Below, piece after piece: positions 43,206 through 62,619 of a stretch of DNA of 64,000 bases. Numbering within the stretch: the first letter of the stretch is position 1; each line of letters begins with the position of its first letter. The DNA comes from Macrostomum lignano (Eukaryota). Under the pieces are notes generated by a model. It was not told the origin of the DNA, searched no databases, and saw nothing but the letters and a program-made list of their open reading frames with translations. The DNA lies in NCBI GenBank assembly GCA_002269645.1, contig NIVC01001430.1, forward strand, positions 62,001 to 126,000. The letters are read 5' to 3'. The translations under genes and the position numbers were made by a program.

Positions 43206-46200
43206 ATGGCATTTCGTCTGTCTGCTTACCTAGTCTGCTGCATCGCTTTGGGTAAGCAGTCTGTGCATAAGTTTATGACTGTATTGAAACTGGCCAATGA
43301 CCGTATTAAAACTGGCCAATGACCGTATTGAAACTGGCCAATGACCGTATTGAAACTGGCCAATGACCGTATTGAAACTGGCCAATGACCGTATAGAAAC
43401 TATCCAATGACCCTATAGAAATTTTCCAATGACCCTATTGAAACCATCCAATGACACTATTGAAACTATCCAATGACCGTATTAAAACTGGCCAATGACC
43501 ATATTGAAACTGGCCAATGACCGTATTGAAACTGGCTAATGACCCTATTGAAACTATCCAATGACCCTATAGAAATTATCGAATGAACCTATTGAAACCA
43601 TCCAATGACCCTATTGAAACCATCCAATGACCTTATTGAAACTATCCAATGACCCTATTGAAACCATCCAATGAACCTATTGAAACCATCCAATGACCCT
43701 ATTGAAACCATCCAATGACCCTATCGAAACCATCCAATGACACTATTGAAACCATCCAATGACACTATTGAAACGAATCCAATTTTCTCCAGCAGCTCAA
43801 ATCTCCAGCAGCGCGGCACGAGTGGTCGAAGTCGGCGAAGAATTTATTGGTCGCGATGCCAGCCAGGCTTTCCTTGTTAAGGTGAGCAGTGAATGCTTAT
43901 CAGGGGTGAGAGAAGGGTGATAGGGGAAGTCAGAGAGAGAGAGAGAGAGAGAGTAGAGGGGTGAGATTATATGCTAGGAAAAGAGTAGGAGGGTAAGAGT
44001 AGATCAGATTTGGTAGAGCAGGTGGGCGAGAGTAGCTCAGATAGGGAAAGCAGAAGGGTGAAAGTAGCTCAGATAGGGGAGGAGGGTGAGAGTAGATCAG
44101 ATAGGGAAAGCAGAAGGGTGAAAGTAGCTCAGATAGGGGAGGAGGGTGAGAGTAGATCAGATAGGGAAAGCAGAAGGGTGAAAGTAGCTCAGATAGGGGA
44201 GGAGGGTGAGAGTAGATCAGATAGGGAAAGCAGAAGGGTGAAAGTAGCTCAGATAGGGGAGGAGGGTGAGAGTAGATCAGATAGGAGAGGAGGGTGAGAT
44301 TAGATCAGGTAGGGAGAGCAGGAGGGTGAGATCAGATCAGGTAGGGAGAGCAGGGTAGTGAGATTAGATCAGGGAGGAAGAGCAGGAGGGTGAGATTAGA
44401 TCAGGAGGGTGAGATTAGATCAGGTAGGGAGAGCAGGAGGGTGAGATTAGATCAGTAAGGGAGACAGTAGCAGCAGTAGGAATAGATTGTGGCACAAAGG
44501 TGCTAAGAGTACTTATAAATGTCATACAGCACATGGGCATTTGCATCAGTATCGGTGCCTATTAATTTGCCGCAGTTCTACGCGCCCTGGTGCGGCCACT
44601 GCCGCAACATGGAGCCGGCCTACGAGGAGGTCTCCGACCGGCTGGCCGGGTCCCCGGTGACAGTCGCCAGGATAGACGCCACCGTGCACCAGGCCGCCGC
44701 TGCTCACTTCAGAGTGCGCGGCTTCCCGACTCTTATCTAGTGAGTCCAAGCAGCCTGGGTTCCAACTGACCTCTGACCCAGCAGCAGCCTGGGTTCTAAC
44801 TGACCTCTGACCCAGCAGCAGCCTGGGTTCCAACCTGACCTTTGACCCAGCAGCAGCCTGTGTTCTAACCTGACCTTTGACCCAGCAGCAGCCTGTGTTC
44901 TAACCTGACCTTTGACCCAGCAGCAGCCTGTGTTCCAACCTGACCTTTGACCCAGCAGCAGCCTGTGTTCTAACCTGACCTTTGACCCAGCAGCAGCCTG
45001 TGTTCCAACCTGACCTTTGACCCAGCAGCAGCCTGTGTTCCAACCTGACCTTTGACCCAGCAGCAGCCTGTGTTCTAACCTGACCTTTGACCCAGCAGCA
45101 GCCTGTGTTCCAACCTGACCTTTGACCCAGCAGCAGCCTGTGTTCTAACTTGACCTTTGACCCAGCAGCAGCCTGTGTTCCAACCTGACCTTTGACCCAG
45201 CAGCAGCCTGTGTTCCAACCTGACCTTTGACCCAGCAGCAGCCTGTGTTCCAACCTGACCTTTGATCCAGCAGCAGCCTGTGTTCTAACTGACCTCTGAC
45301 CCACCGGCCAGCCTGGGTTCTAACTGACCTCTGACCCAGCAGCAGCCTGGGTTCCAACCTGACCTTTGACCCAGCAGCAGCCTGTGTTCTAACCTGACCT
45401 TTGACCCAGCAGCAGCCTGTGTTCCAACCTGACCTCTGACCCAGCAGCAGCCTGTGCTCCAACCTGACCTTTGACCCAGCAGCAGCCTGTGTTCTAACCT
45501 GACCTTTGACCCAGCAGCAGCCTGTGTTCCAACCTGACCTTTGACCCAGCAGCAGCCTGTGTTCTAACTTGACCTTTGACCCAGCAGCAGCCTGTGTTCC
45601 AACCTGACCTTTGACCCAGCAGCAGCCTGTGTTCCAACCTGACCTTTGACCCAGCAGCAGCCTGTGTTCCAACCTGACCTTTGATCCAGCAGCAGCCTGT
45701 GTTCTAACTGACCTCTGACCCACCGGCCAGCCTGGGTTCTAACTGACCTCTGACCCAGCAGCAGCCTGGGTTCCAACCTGACCTTTGACCCAGCAGCAGC
45801 CTGTGTTCTAACCTGACCTTTGACCCAGCATTAGCCTGTGTTCCAACCTGACCTCTGACCCAGCAGCAGCCTGTGCTCCAACCTGACATTTGACCCAGCA
45901 GCAGCCTGTGTTCCAACCTGACCTTTGACTTAGCAGCAGCCTGTGTTCCAACCTGACCTTTGACCCAGCAGCAGCCTGTGTTCCAACCTGACCTTTGACC
46001 CAGCAGCAGCCTGTGTTCCAACCTGACCTTTGACCCAGCAGCAGCCTGTGTTCCAACCTGACCTTTGACCCAGCAGCAGCCTGTGTTCCAACCTGACCTT
46101 TGATCCAGCAGCAGCCTGTGTTCTAACTGACCTCTGACCCACCGGCCAGCCTGGGTTCTAACTGACCTCTGACCCAGCAGCAGCCTGGGTTCCAACCTGA

Positions 46201-49200
46201 CCTTTGACCCAGCAGCAGCCTGTGTTCCAACCTGACCTTTGACCCAGCAACAGCCTGTGTTCCAACCTGACCTTTGACCCAGCAGCAGCCTGTGTTCCAA
46301 CCTGACCTTTGACCCAGCAGCAGCCTGTGTTCCAACCTGACCTTTGACTTAGCAGCAGCCTGTGTTCCAACCTGACCTTTGACCCAGCAGCAGCCTGTGT
46401 TCCAACCTGACCTTTGACCCAGCAGCAGCCTGTGTTCCAACCTGACCTTTGACCCAGCAGCAGCCTGTGTTCCAACCTGACCTTTGATCCAGCAGCAGCC
46501 TGTGTTCTAACTGACCTCTGACCCACCGGCCAGCCTGGGTTCTAACTGACCTCTGACCCAGCAGCAGCCTGGGTTCCAACCTGACCTTTGACCCAGCAGC
46601 AGCCTGTGTTCCAACCTGACCTTTGACCCAGCAGCAGCCTGTGTTCCAACCTGACCTTTGACCCAGCAGCAGCCTGTGTTCCAACCTGACCTTTGATCCA
46701 GCAGCAGCCTGTGTTCCAACCTGACCTTTGACCCAGCAACAGCCTGTGTTCCAACCTGACCTTTGACCCAGCAGCAGCCTGTGTTCCAACCTGACCTTTG
46801 ACCCAGCAGCAGCCTGTGTTCCAACCTGACCTTTGACCCAGCAGCAGCCTGTGTTCCAACCTGACCTTTGACCCAGCAGCAGCCTGTGTTCCAACCTGAC
46901 CTTTGACCCAGCAGCAGCCTGTGTTCCAACCTGACCTTTGACCCAGCAGCAGCCTGTGTTCCAACCTGACCTTTGACCCAGCAGCAGCCTGTGTTCCAAC
47001 CTGACCTTTGACCCAGCAGCAGCCTGTGTTCCAACCTGACCTTTGACCCAGCAGCAGCCTGTGTTCCAACCTGACCTTTGATCCAGCAGCAGCCTGTGTT
47101 CTAACTGACCTCTGACCCACCGGCCAGCCTGGGTTCTAACTGACCTCTGACCCAGCAGCAGCCTGGGTTCCAACCTGACCTTTGACCCAGCAGCAGCCTG
47201 TGTTCCAACCTGACCTTTGACCCAGCAGCAGCCTGTGTTCCAACCTGACCTTTGACCCAGCAGCAGCCTGTGTTCCAACCTGACCTTTGATCCAGCAGCA
47301 GCCTGTGTTCCAACCTGACCTTTGACCCAGCAACAGCCTGTGTTCCAACCTGACCTTTGACCCAGCAGCAGCCTGTGTTCCAACCTGACCTTTGACCCAG
47401 CAGCAGCCTGTGTTCCAACCTGACCTTTGACCCAGCAGCAGCCTGTGTTCCAACCTGACCTTTGACCCAGCAGCAGCCTGTGTTCCAACCTGACCTTTGA
47501 CCCAGCAGCAGCCTGTGTTCCAACCTGACCTTTGACCCAGCAGCAGCCTGTGTTCCAACCTGACCTTTGACCCAGCAGCAGCCTGTGTTCCAACCTGACC
47601 TTTGACCCAGCAGCAGCCTGTGTTCCAACCTGACCTTTGACCCAGCAGCAGCCTGTGTTCCAACCTGACCTTTGATCCAGCAGCAGCCTGTGTTCCAACT
47701 GACCTCTGACCCAGCAGCAGCCTGGGTTCTAACTGACCTCTGACCCAGCAGCAGCCATACTTGATAATTGATAATTCATTATGCATAATTAAACTTGCAG
47801 CGTGAAAGGCGACACCAGGCACGAGTTTCGCGGTGAACGAACAGCCGATGAAATTGTCAAATTTGTCAATCGAGTATCGGGGTTAGTAGATGAAACAAAA
47901 GTTTTAGAATATCTTTCTGTAATTTACAACAACTGCTGAACATGTTTGTTCAATCAAATCTCCAGTGACCCAGTGAAGGTCATTGCCAGTCCCGGCAAGT
48001 TCAACGAGGTGTTTGCCACATCAGTCAAAGATCCATTCTTCTTGTTCATTGGCAGCGAGGAGTCCAAGGAGTTTGTGAGCCGCTTTTTAATTATTTTGTT
48101 ACACCACCTATAACGAGATTTTAATGGGTCAGTCAGTGCTTAAGTGTTAGTGGTCACTTGTGTCAGTCAGTGGGTCACTTGTGTCAGTCAGTGGGTCACT
48201 TGTGTCAGTTAGTGGGTCACTTGTGTCAGTCAGAGGGTCACTTGTGTCAGTCAGAGGGTCACTTGTGTCAGTCAGAGGGTCACTTGTGTCAGTCAGAGGG
48301 TCACTTGTGTCAGTCAGTGGGTCACTTGTGTCAGTCAGTCAGTGGGTCACTTGTGTCAGTCAGTCAGTGGGTCAGTCAGTTTTCCTCAAACCCATGCAAC
48401 TGTGCGCCATTATTGCAGGCCGTATTCAACGGCATCGCGGGCCAGATGCGCACGGACAGCAGTTTCTATCGGGCCGATGCGCAATTATTGGCTAATCTTG
48501 GCTTCGACCTGGCCGCTAAACGGCTCGATCGAGGCCACGGCGGCGATATCGCTGAGCCCTGCGTGCTGGCATTCAAAGACAACGGCTTTGTACTGTTTAG
48601 GGGCCAGTTCGATAACGACAGTCTGGGCGTTTGGATGACGAACGAGCGATTTCATATTTATCCTAAGGTGAGATAAATAGCTTTTTGTTAATTTGTTGGC
48701 GTTGCTATGCTGTTGCTATGCTGCTACTTGGCTTTTTCTATGCTGTTGCTAGCGTGTTTCCATGCTGTTGCTAGCGTGTTTCCATGCTGTTGCTAGCGTG
48801 TTTCCTTGCTGTTGCTAGCGTGTTTCTATGCTGTTGCTAGCGTGTTTCCATGCTGTTGCTAGCGTGTTTCCTTGCTGTTGCTAGCGTGTTTCTATGCTGT
48901 TGCTAGCGTGTTTCCATGCTGTTGCTAGCGTGTTTCCATGCTGTTGCTAGGCTTCTACTATGTCGTTTCCATGCTGTTGCTAGGCTGTTACTCGTACTAT
49001 GCCGTTTCCATGCTGTTGCTAGGCTTCTACTATGCTGTTTCCATGCTGTTGCTAGGCTGCTACTTATCAGATATATTACTTTTACCATTGAGCTTACCTT
49101 TCTCCCATCCTTAATTAAAGCTCGGCGATTTCCTATTCTACTCGTTTTACCCGTCTACCAAGCTACTCGTTGCCATAGTAACTAACGAGAGCGACCCAGA

Positions 49201-49619
49201 AGAGCGCCGATTCGTCCAGCTAGGCCGAGCGCTGGCCTTCAGCATGGACCTGGAGCTGGCCAATGTGCAGTTTGGCTGGGCTGGCTCTGCCAAGGCCGCC
49301 TCCGATATGGCGATGACTTCTCTGCCCACCCCCAATGTGATGCTGCTTAATCCCAACAGCACCCGCTACTACCTGAGGCCTGATTATCACCTGCCAATTA
49401 GCGTCAGAGACGAAACTGTCGGCTCTTTGAAACGGCTGGTCCTGCAGGGTCTGAATGGCGAGCTGCCTGCCTACGGTGGCGGCGGCCTGATCGAAGGACT
49501 GAAGCGGACTGTCTACGATTTTGCCACTGGACTGGCTGTGAGAAGCTGGGGCTTGCGTGCTATTGGGCTGACAGACAGACAGACAGACGACAGACAGACA
49601 GACAGACAGACAGACACTA

Positions 49620-49658
<39 letters not shown>

Positions 49659-49705
49659 GAGACAGGCACTAAGACTGACTGACTGACTGACAGACAGACA
49701 GGCAG

Positions 49706-49747
<42 letters not shown>

Positions 49748-49923
49748 GGACGGACAGACAGACAGACAGGCAGGCAGGCAGACAGACACTTAGACAGACA
49801 GACACTAAGACAGACAGACAGACAGACACTAAGACAGACAGACAGACAGACAGAGAGACAGGCACTAAGACTGACTGACTGACTGACAGACAGACAGGCA
49901 GACAGACGGACAGACAGACAGAC

Positions 49924-49969
<46 letters not shown>

Positions 49970-50093
49970 GGACAGACAGACAGACAGACAGACGGACGGA
50001 CAGACAGACAGACAGGCAGGCAGGCAGACAGACACTTAGACAGACAGACAGGCAGGCAGACACTAAGACAGACAGACAGACAGACAGACACTA

Positions 50094-50130
<37 letters not shown>

Positions 50131-50537
50131 CTAAGACAGACAGACAGACACACAGAAGCGAGCAGGCAGATAACAAGACCGAAGTGCAGAGGCAGGAAAG
50201 AATGAGATAACATGCAGATTTCCTCAGTCAAATAATTATATTTGCGCATGTCACACTATTTTATGCCGATATGTATCGAAAAACAACCTAATTAAACTGC
50301 CTCCAGGGCTTTGTGCTGAGCCACCCAGGCCTGGCCCTAGTAGTCATTGGCGCTCCCGTAGCCGTAGTCAGCATCCTGTGCTACGCCATCTGCTGCATGG
50401 ACACCACCGACGATGTTGCCGAAGGCGAGGTCGAAGGCGATGCCTATCTGGACGACGAGGGCGAGGACGAGGTCGACGAAGCAAATTCGGCCGCTATTGA
50501 AGGCGAAGACGAGGGTGAAGGCAAAAAGGATCAGTGA
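43206..50537 (+). CDS. TMX3: Thioredoxin-related transmembrane protein 3 (PDI family), ~461 aa
   Basis: Exons 43206-43251, 43793-43881, 44576-44739, 47801-47881, 47966-48074, 48419-48667, 49121-49537, 50307-50537, phase-consistent. Signal peptide, FLVKFYAPWCGHC active site, VARIDAT, VRGFPTL, TM segment (LALVVIGAPVAVVSILCYAI), acidic tail ending KKDQ (di-lysine ER retrieval). Confidence 0.92.
43275..43775. repeat. 22-bp minisatellite (AATGACCGTATTGAAACTGGCC) in TMX3 intron 1
   Basis: Period 43321 to 43343. Confidence 0.9.
44030..44460. repeat. Purine-rich 60-bp (two-subunit) repeat decaying into shorter units, TMX3 intron 2
   Basis: Lines starting 44101, 44161 and 44221 are identical 60-mers. 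Confidence 0.9.
44750..47757. repeat. 35-bp minisatellite (ACCTTTGACCCAGCAGCAGCCTGTGTTCCAACCTG), ~3 kb, TMX3 intron 3
   Basis: Highly homogeneous, with a recurring variant unit CCCACCGGCCAGCC. Confidence 0.96.
48130..48380. repeat. 21-bp repeat (CACTTGTGTCAGTCAGTGGGT), TMX3 intron 5
   Basis: Read directly. Confidence 0.9.
48700..49065. repeat. 22-bp repeat (GCTGTTGCTAGCGTGTTTCCAT), TMX3 intron 6
   Basis: Read directly. Confidence 0.9.
49570..50155. repeat. (GACA)n microsatellite, TMX3 intron 7
   Basis: Read directly. Confidence 0.96.
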
Positions 50538-51372
50538 AGTACAATGAGTGCCGAACTTTTAATGAACAAACAAATCGTTATTTAATGTTTGTCTGTCAAA
50601 CGTCAATCATCTGCATTGTCTATTTATACTGTGTTGTCCGAGCTAGTTTTCATTCCAAAGAAGTTCCACATGCGTGTCTCATAGTCTCCGTGTCTCTCCT
50701 ATTTTGACGATCAAGATAGTCACCCCGTGTGAGCGTTTCTATGAGTCCTGTTATCATCATTAACCCTAACCTAGTCAAACCCAACCCAAAACTAGACAGC
50801 CAATGGGCCAAACTTAAAATTTTTAAATAATCCATGTCCCAAAACCTGTTTCTTATTATTTAAACCACACAAAAGTACTATTAGTAGTATTGTTGTCTTA
50901 TCTTTGAAGAAATCTCTTTTAGCTCGTGTTAGCGACGAATTTCCGGTTATTCGTGTAAGAAGACTTACTTGTATAATTAATTAGTTTTAATTCCTTTATA
51001 ACATTAAAATACTACAGTCTTAAACATTTGTTTAAATAAATTGCACCGGTGTGTTCTTCTCACACGACGTACTACTTTGTATACCTGTATCTGTGCCCGT
51101 GCACTGTACATGCAGTACTACATTCTCAATGTTGTTGCACTTTGCAATGTTAAACTGAAGCTGAATTTGGCTAGCAACGTTTGTTTCATTTTTGCTGTTT
51201 TCTGCTAGTAATCGCGTGATTATGCTTTCTTGCACTATGCGACTTGAGCTACTCAGAGAGTAGAAATATACGTGTTTTATTGTTAATTTAATTTATGTGC
51301 TGTCAAAAAATTGCATTAGTTTCTATTAAACAGGATATTAAATTAATTTTTTCATTTGATAAATAGACAAAT

Positions 51373-51842
51373 GCCGATATGTATCGACACTAACGTTTCC
51401 AGTTAAAACCTAGCAACGGATATTACAAACATCTGTCGATGGAAACTGCCGATATGTATCGAAGTTAATATATCCAAGTAAAATCTAGCATCGGATATTA
51501 ACCAACCTCGGTCAATGGAAACTGCCGATATGTATCGACGTTATTATAGCCAAGTAAAATCTAGCATCGGATATTAACCAACCTCGGTCGATGGAAACTG
51601 CCGATATGTATCGAAGTTAATATATCCAAGTAAAATCTAGCATCGGATATTAACCAACCTCGGTCAATGGAAACTGCCGATATGTATCGACGTTATTATA
51701 GCCAAGTAAAATCTAGCATCGGATATTAACCAACATCGGTCGAGGGAAACTGCCGATATGTATCGAAGTTAATATATCCAAGTAAAATCTTGCATTGGTT
51801 ATTAACCAACCTCGGTCGATGAAAACTGCCGATATGTATCGA
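51373..51842. repeat. 76-bp tandem array carrying GCCGATATGTATCGA in each of 7 units, between TMX3 and Pitx
   Basis: Motif starts at 51373, 51448, 51524, 51600, 51676, 51752, 51828. Confidence 0.92.
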
Positions 51843-52249
51843 AATGAATATTTTAAGCTGAGCTTAAAGCTGGCTATGGATTACTTCCTTGCTGACAGCG
51901 TACAAAACGATGCACGGCCTTTGCCAATGTAATTTGATTGCTTTTAGGAACAAAAATGAAGAGGAAAGAAGATGCAGCATGAATTTGGTTCCTCTTCCCA
52001 TCGACCAACAGAATCTGAGCATTTTCCTCTGCTTAATCCAAATAAGCGCGAAGGACCAAAGCCGAACAAAAAGCAACTTAAGCCGTCTGTGCGCGCAGAG
52101 CAGCTTCAAAGCAAAAAAAACTGGCTTTGAAGATTTCAATGCAATTCTTTTCGCAAGCTGTATAGTTAGGGGATAAAAATCCCGCCGTAACACCTGCTTT
52201 CCCTGAGCTGAATCAATTTGAAGTGTTAAGCGCAGAATTACCTGGCAAG

Positions 52250-59372
<7,123 letters not shown>

Positions 59373-60428
59373 ATTTTTGACTTTAATTTTACTCGTAGCT
59401 CTTACTGCCTCTTAGTTGTTTAAGTTTTTAATTATAGCAGGTTGAGAATTGAACTTGTTCGTTGAACCGGCTGTTGCTGTTGTAGTGCTGTTTGTTAATG
59501 GCGTTAAAAAATTTTAATTAAATCGAAACAGTCAGTTCACTGGGGTGGAGGGGTACAATAGATAAGCAAGGCTATATAAACTGGACCAAACAAATGTACT
59601 TTTACTGCAGCCAATAGGCGCTGATTAGGGGGCAAGAGAGAGGCTCAGGGAACAGAACTTTTCTAGCTCTGTTGCACGGTTAACTGTACATTGGTGGTGT
59701 ACATTATTGGTTGGCTTCTAGACTATAGTGGCAGTTAAATAATATGTACATTTTTGCTGTTCAATCGAAAACCCCAATTTATATAAGTATCATTTTTCTT
59801 TCTAAGAAAAGACGCTTTAATTATCTGTCAGCCAGCATTTTTAAATTGTCAGTTTTTCACTTGAAATATTCAACTGGTCCAACAAAAATTGTTTAATGTT
59901 ACAAAAAGACAAAAAGTATGCTTTGTTATTTGCTAAAGCATCCAATTGCGATCCGATTGTATCCGACTGCAGTTCTGAAAGACATGACTCTTCACTCTTT
60001 TGTCGAAACAGATTTTTTAATTATATTGAGCTTTGCCTTGCCGGCTCTGTTGCATGGTTGTTTTGAGTTTTTGAGAGAAATAACTTTTGGCATAACAATA
60101 ATAAACAATAGTAAAAAGTACGCGTTTTTATGAATAGTAAAAGCAAAATGTTGATGACAAATCCACTCAATCGCTAATAACGATTAAAACATCAACTTCT
60201 TTTCTTTCCCTAACTACTCTTGCAACATGCGTGCTTTTAGTAGATAGAAAGTGCCAGTCTACTAATTACAAAAGTAAAAGTCAAGGTAGCAGTATCATGA
60301 TATATTACTTCGTGTAACATGTAGTTGTAAAAGATATTCTGTTCCTTTTATAACTTTCTTCTTATTTCTCTTCGGCTATTATATAAAGCTGGGTGCTCCA
60401 ACGAGACGAGATGAATAAATAATTAATT

Positions 60429-62376
60429 TTAGCCAGGCGCTAGTAGCTGATAGATTGCGGTATTAGCATCGGGGCCATCCGACATCACACGGCCGAAAAG
60501 CAGCGACAGGGCTGAAAACCGCAAAATGCACACGAGAGAAAGAGAAGTATAGTAAATTTTAGAGACAGAACTCATACATGCACAGGGTTGCTGTAGTAGT
60601 TTTCGAAGGATAAACAACTGTTTTCTTATCTTATTGCTAATGCCTGTGATCTCTGAAAGCAGGTGAAGGAAGGGTAGAGATGCCCCTGATAAAGTTGGAA
60701 GGGAGGTTAGAGATGTCCCTGAAGGACGGTGAAGGGATCGGGTAGAGATTTCTCTGAAGGACGGTGAAGGGAGGGTAGAGATTTCCCTGAAGGACGGTGA
60801 AGGGATCGGGTAGAGATTTCTCTGAAGGACGGTGAAGGGATCGGGTAGAGATTTCTCTGAAGGACGGTGAAGGGAGGGTAGAGATTTCCCTGAAGGACGG
60901 TGAAGGGATCGGGTAGAGATTTCTCTGAAGGACGGTGAAGGGATCGGGTAGAGATTTCTCTGAAGGACGGTGAAGGGATCGGGTAGAGATTTCCCTGAAG
61001 GACGGTGAAGGGATCGGGTAGAGATTTCTCTGAAGGACGGTGAAGGGATCGGGTAGAGATTTCTCTGAAGGACGGTGAAGGGATCGGGTAGAGATTTCTC
61101 TGAAGGACGGTGAAGGGATAGGGTAGAGATTTCCCTGAAGGACGGTGAAGGGAGGGTAGAGATTTCTCTGAAGGACGGTGAAGGGATCGGGTAGAGATTT
61201 CTCTGAAGGACGGTGAAGGGAGGGTAGAGATTTCCCTGAAGGACGGTGAAGGGATCGGGTAGAGATTTCTCTGAAGGACGGTGAAGGGATAGGGTAGAGA
61301 TTTCCCTGAAGGACGGTGAAGGGAGGGTAGAGATGTCCCTGAAGGACGGTGAAGGGATAGGGTAGAGATTTCCCTGAAGGACGGTGAAGGGAGGGTAGAG
61401 ATGTCCCTGAAGGACGGTGAAGGGATCGGGTAGAGATTTCTCTGAAGGACGGTTAAGGGATAGGGTAGAGATTTCCCTGAAGGACGGTGAAGGGAGGGTA
61501 GAGATGTCCCTGAAGGACAGTGAAGGGATCGGGTAGAGATTTCCCTGAAGGACGGTGAAGGGAGGGTAGAGATTTCCCTGAAGGACGGTGAAGGGATCGG
61601 GTAGAGATTTCCCTGAAGGACGGTGAAGGGAGGGTAGAGATTTCCCTGAAGGACAGTGAAGGGAGGGTAGAGATTTCCCTGAAGGACGGTGAAGGGAGGG
61701 TAGAGATTTCCCTGAAGGACGGTGAAGGGAGGGTAGAGATTTCCCTGAAGGACGGTGAAGGGATAGGGTAGAGATTTCCCTGAAGGACGGTGAAGGGAGG
61801 GTAGAGACGGTCCTGAAGGACGGTGAAGGGAGGGTAGAGACGGTCCTGAAGGACGGTGAAGGGAGGGTAGAGACGGTCCTGAAGGACGGTGAAGGGAGGG
61901 TAGAGACGGTCCTGAAGGACGGTGAAGGGAGGGTAGAGACAGTACTGAAGGACAGTGAAGGGAGGGTAGAGACGGTCCTGAAGGACAGTGAAGGGAGGGT
62001 AGAGACGGTACTGAAGGACGGGACGTGAAGGGTGGGTAGAGACGGTACTGAAGGACGGGACGTGAAGGGTGGGTAGAGAAGCCCCTGAATGATAGTAAAG
62101 GATGAGTATACTCAGTCAGGAAGTGATGTTGGCGGGCTTGTGTGCAGAGGCAGAGGCTACACAGCTGGCAGGAGGGCATGATTTCTAGGAAAGTCACCAG
62201 AGCAATGGGTTACACGCATGGGTTAGGTGGAAAAAACTTGTCAAAATTGAATGGCAGGTCTGAATGGCAGTTGATCGGTTTTAAATAAACATACTGTAGA
62301 TAGACAGTTATACTTTACCGTTTTTGTACCAGTTTGCGGAGATATTTTGACTTTCTCTGATCTGGTTCAGTTCGGC
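60429..62376 (-). CDS. Last two coding exons of an unidentified convergent gene that continues beyond the right end of the window
   Basis: On - strand: exon 62376-62319 (TTTTAAAAG acceptor, GTAAAG donor, phase 0 to 1) and terminal exon 60511-60429 (GGTTTTCAG acceptor, TAA) join in frame as AELNQIRESQNISANWYKNALSLLFGRVMSDGPDANTAIYQLLAPG*. Confidence 0.5.
60700..62090. repeat. 33/35-bp purine-rich minisatellite (GAAGGACGGTGAAGGGATCGGGTAGAGATTTCTCT)
   Basis: Periods 60721 to 60756 to 60789. Confidence 0.94.
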
Positions 62377-62619
62377 CTTTTAAAATTTGACTGAAGAAGT
62401 CAATACATATTTATTTCGCTCTTATGGCTTTGTATGAACTCAAATTCAGCCAGAGCTGATTGAATATTCTGTCTGATTCAGTAGATAAACAGCACATACT
62501 ACCCATTTGCCAAAGTGCTTCATGTTTTATTTATGAATTGAATCTCTGCCCGTTTTTCTAACGGACACCTTAGTGATGCACATTACTGTATTCAGAACAC
62601 TACTTTGAATTGTTTTAAT

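Noticed and set aside
44900-47822. Long - strand ORFs (EHRLLLGQRSGWNTGCC repeats)
   Set aside because: 35-bp minisatellite in TMX3 intron 3.
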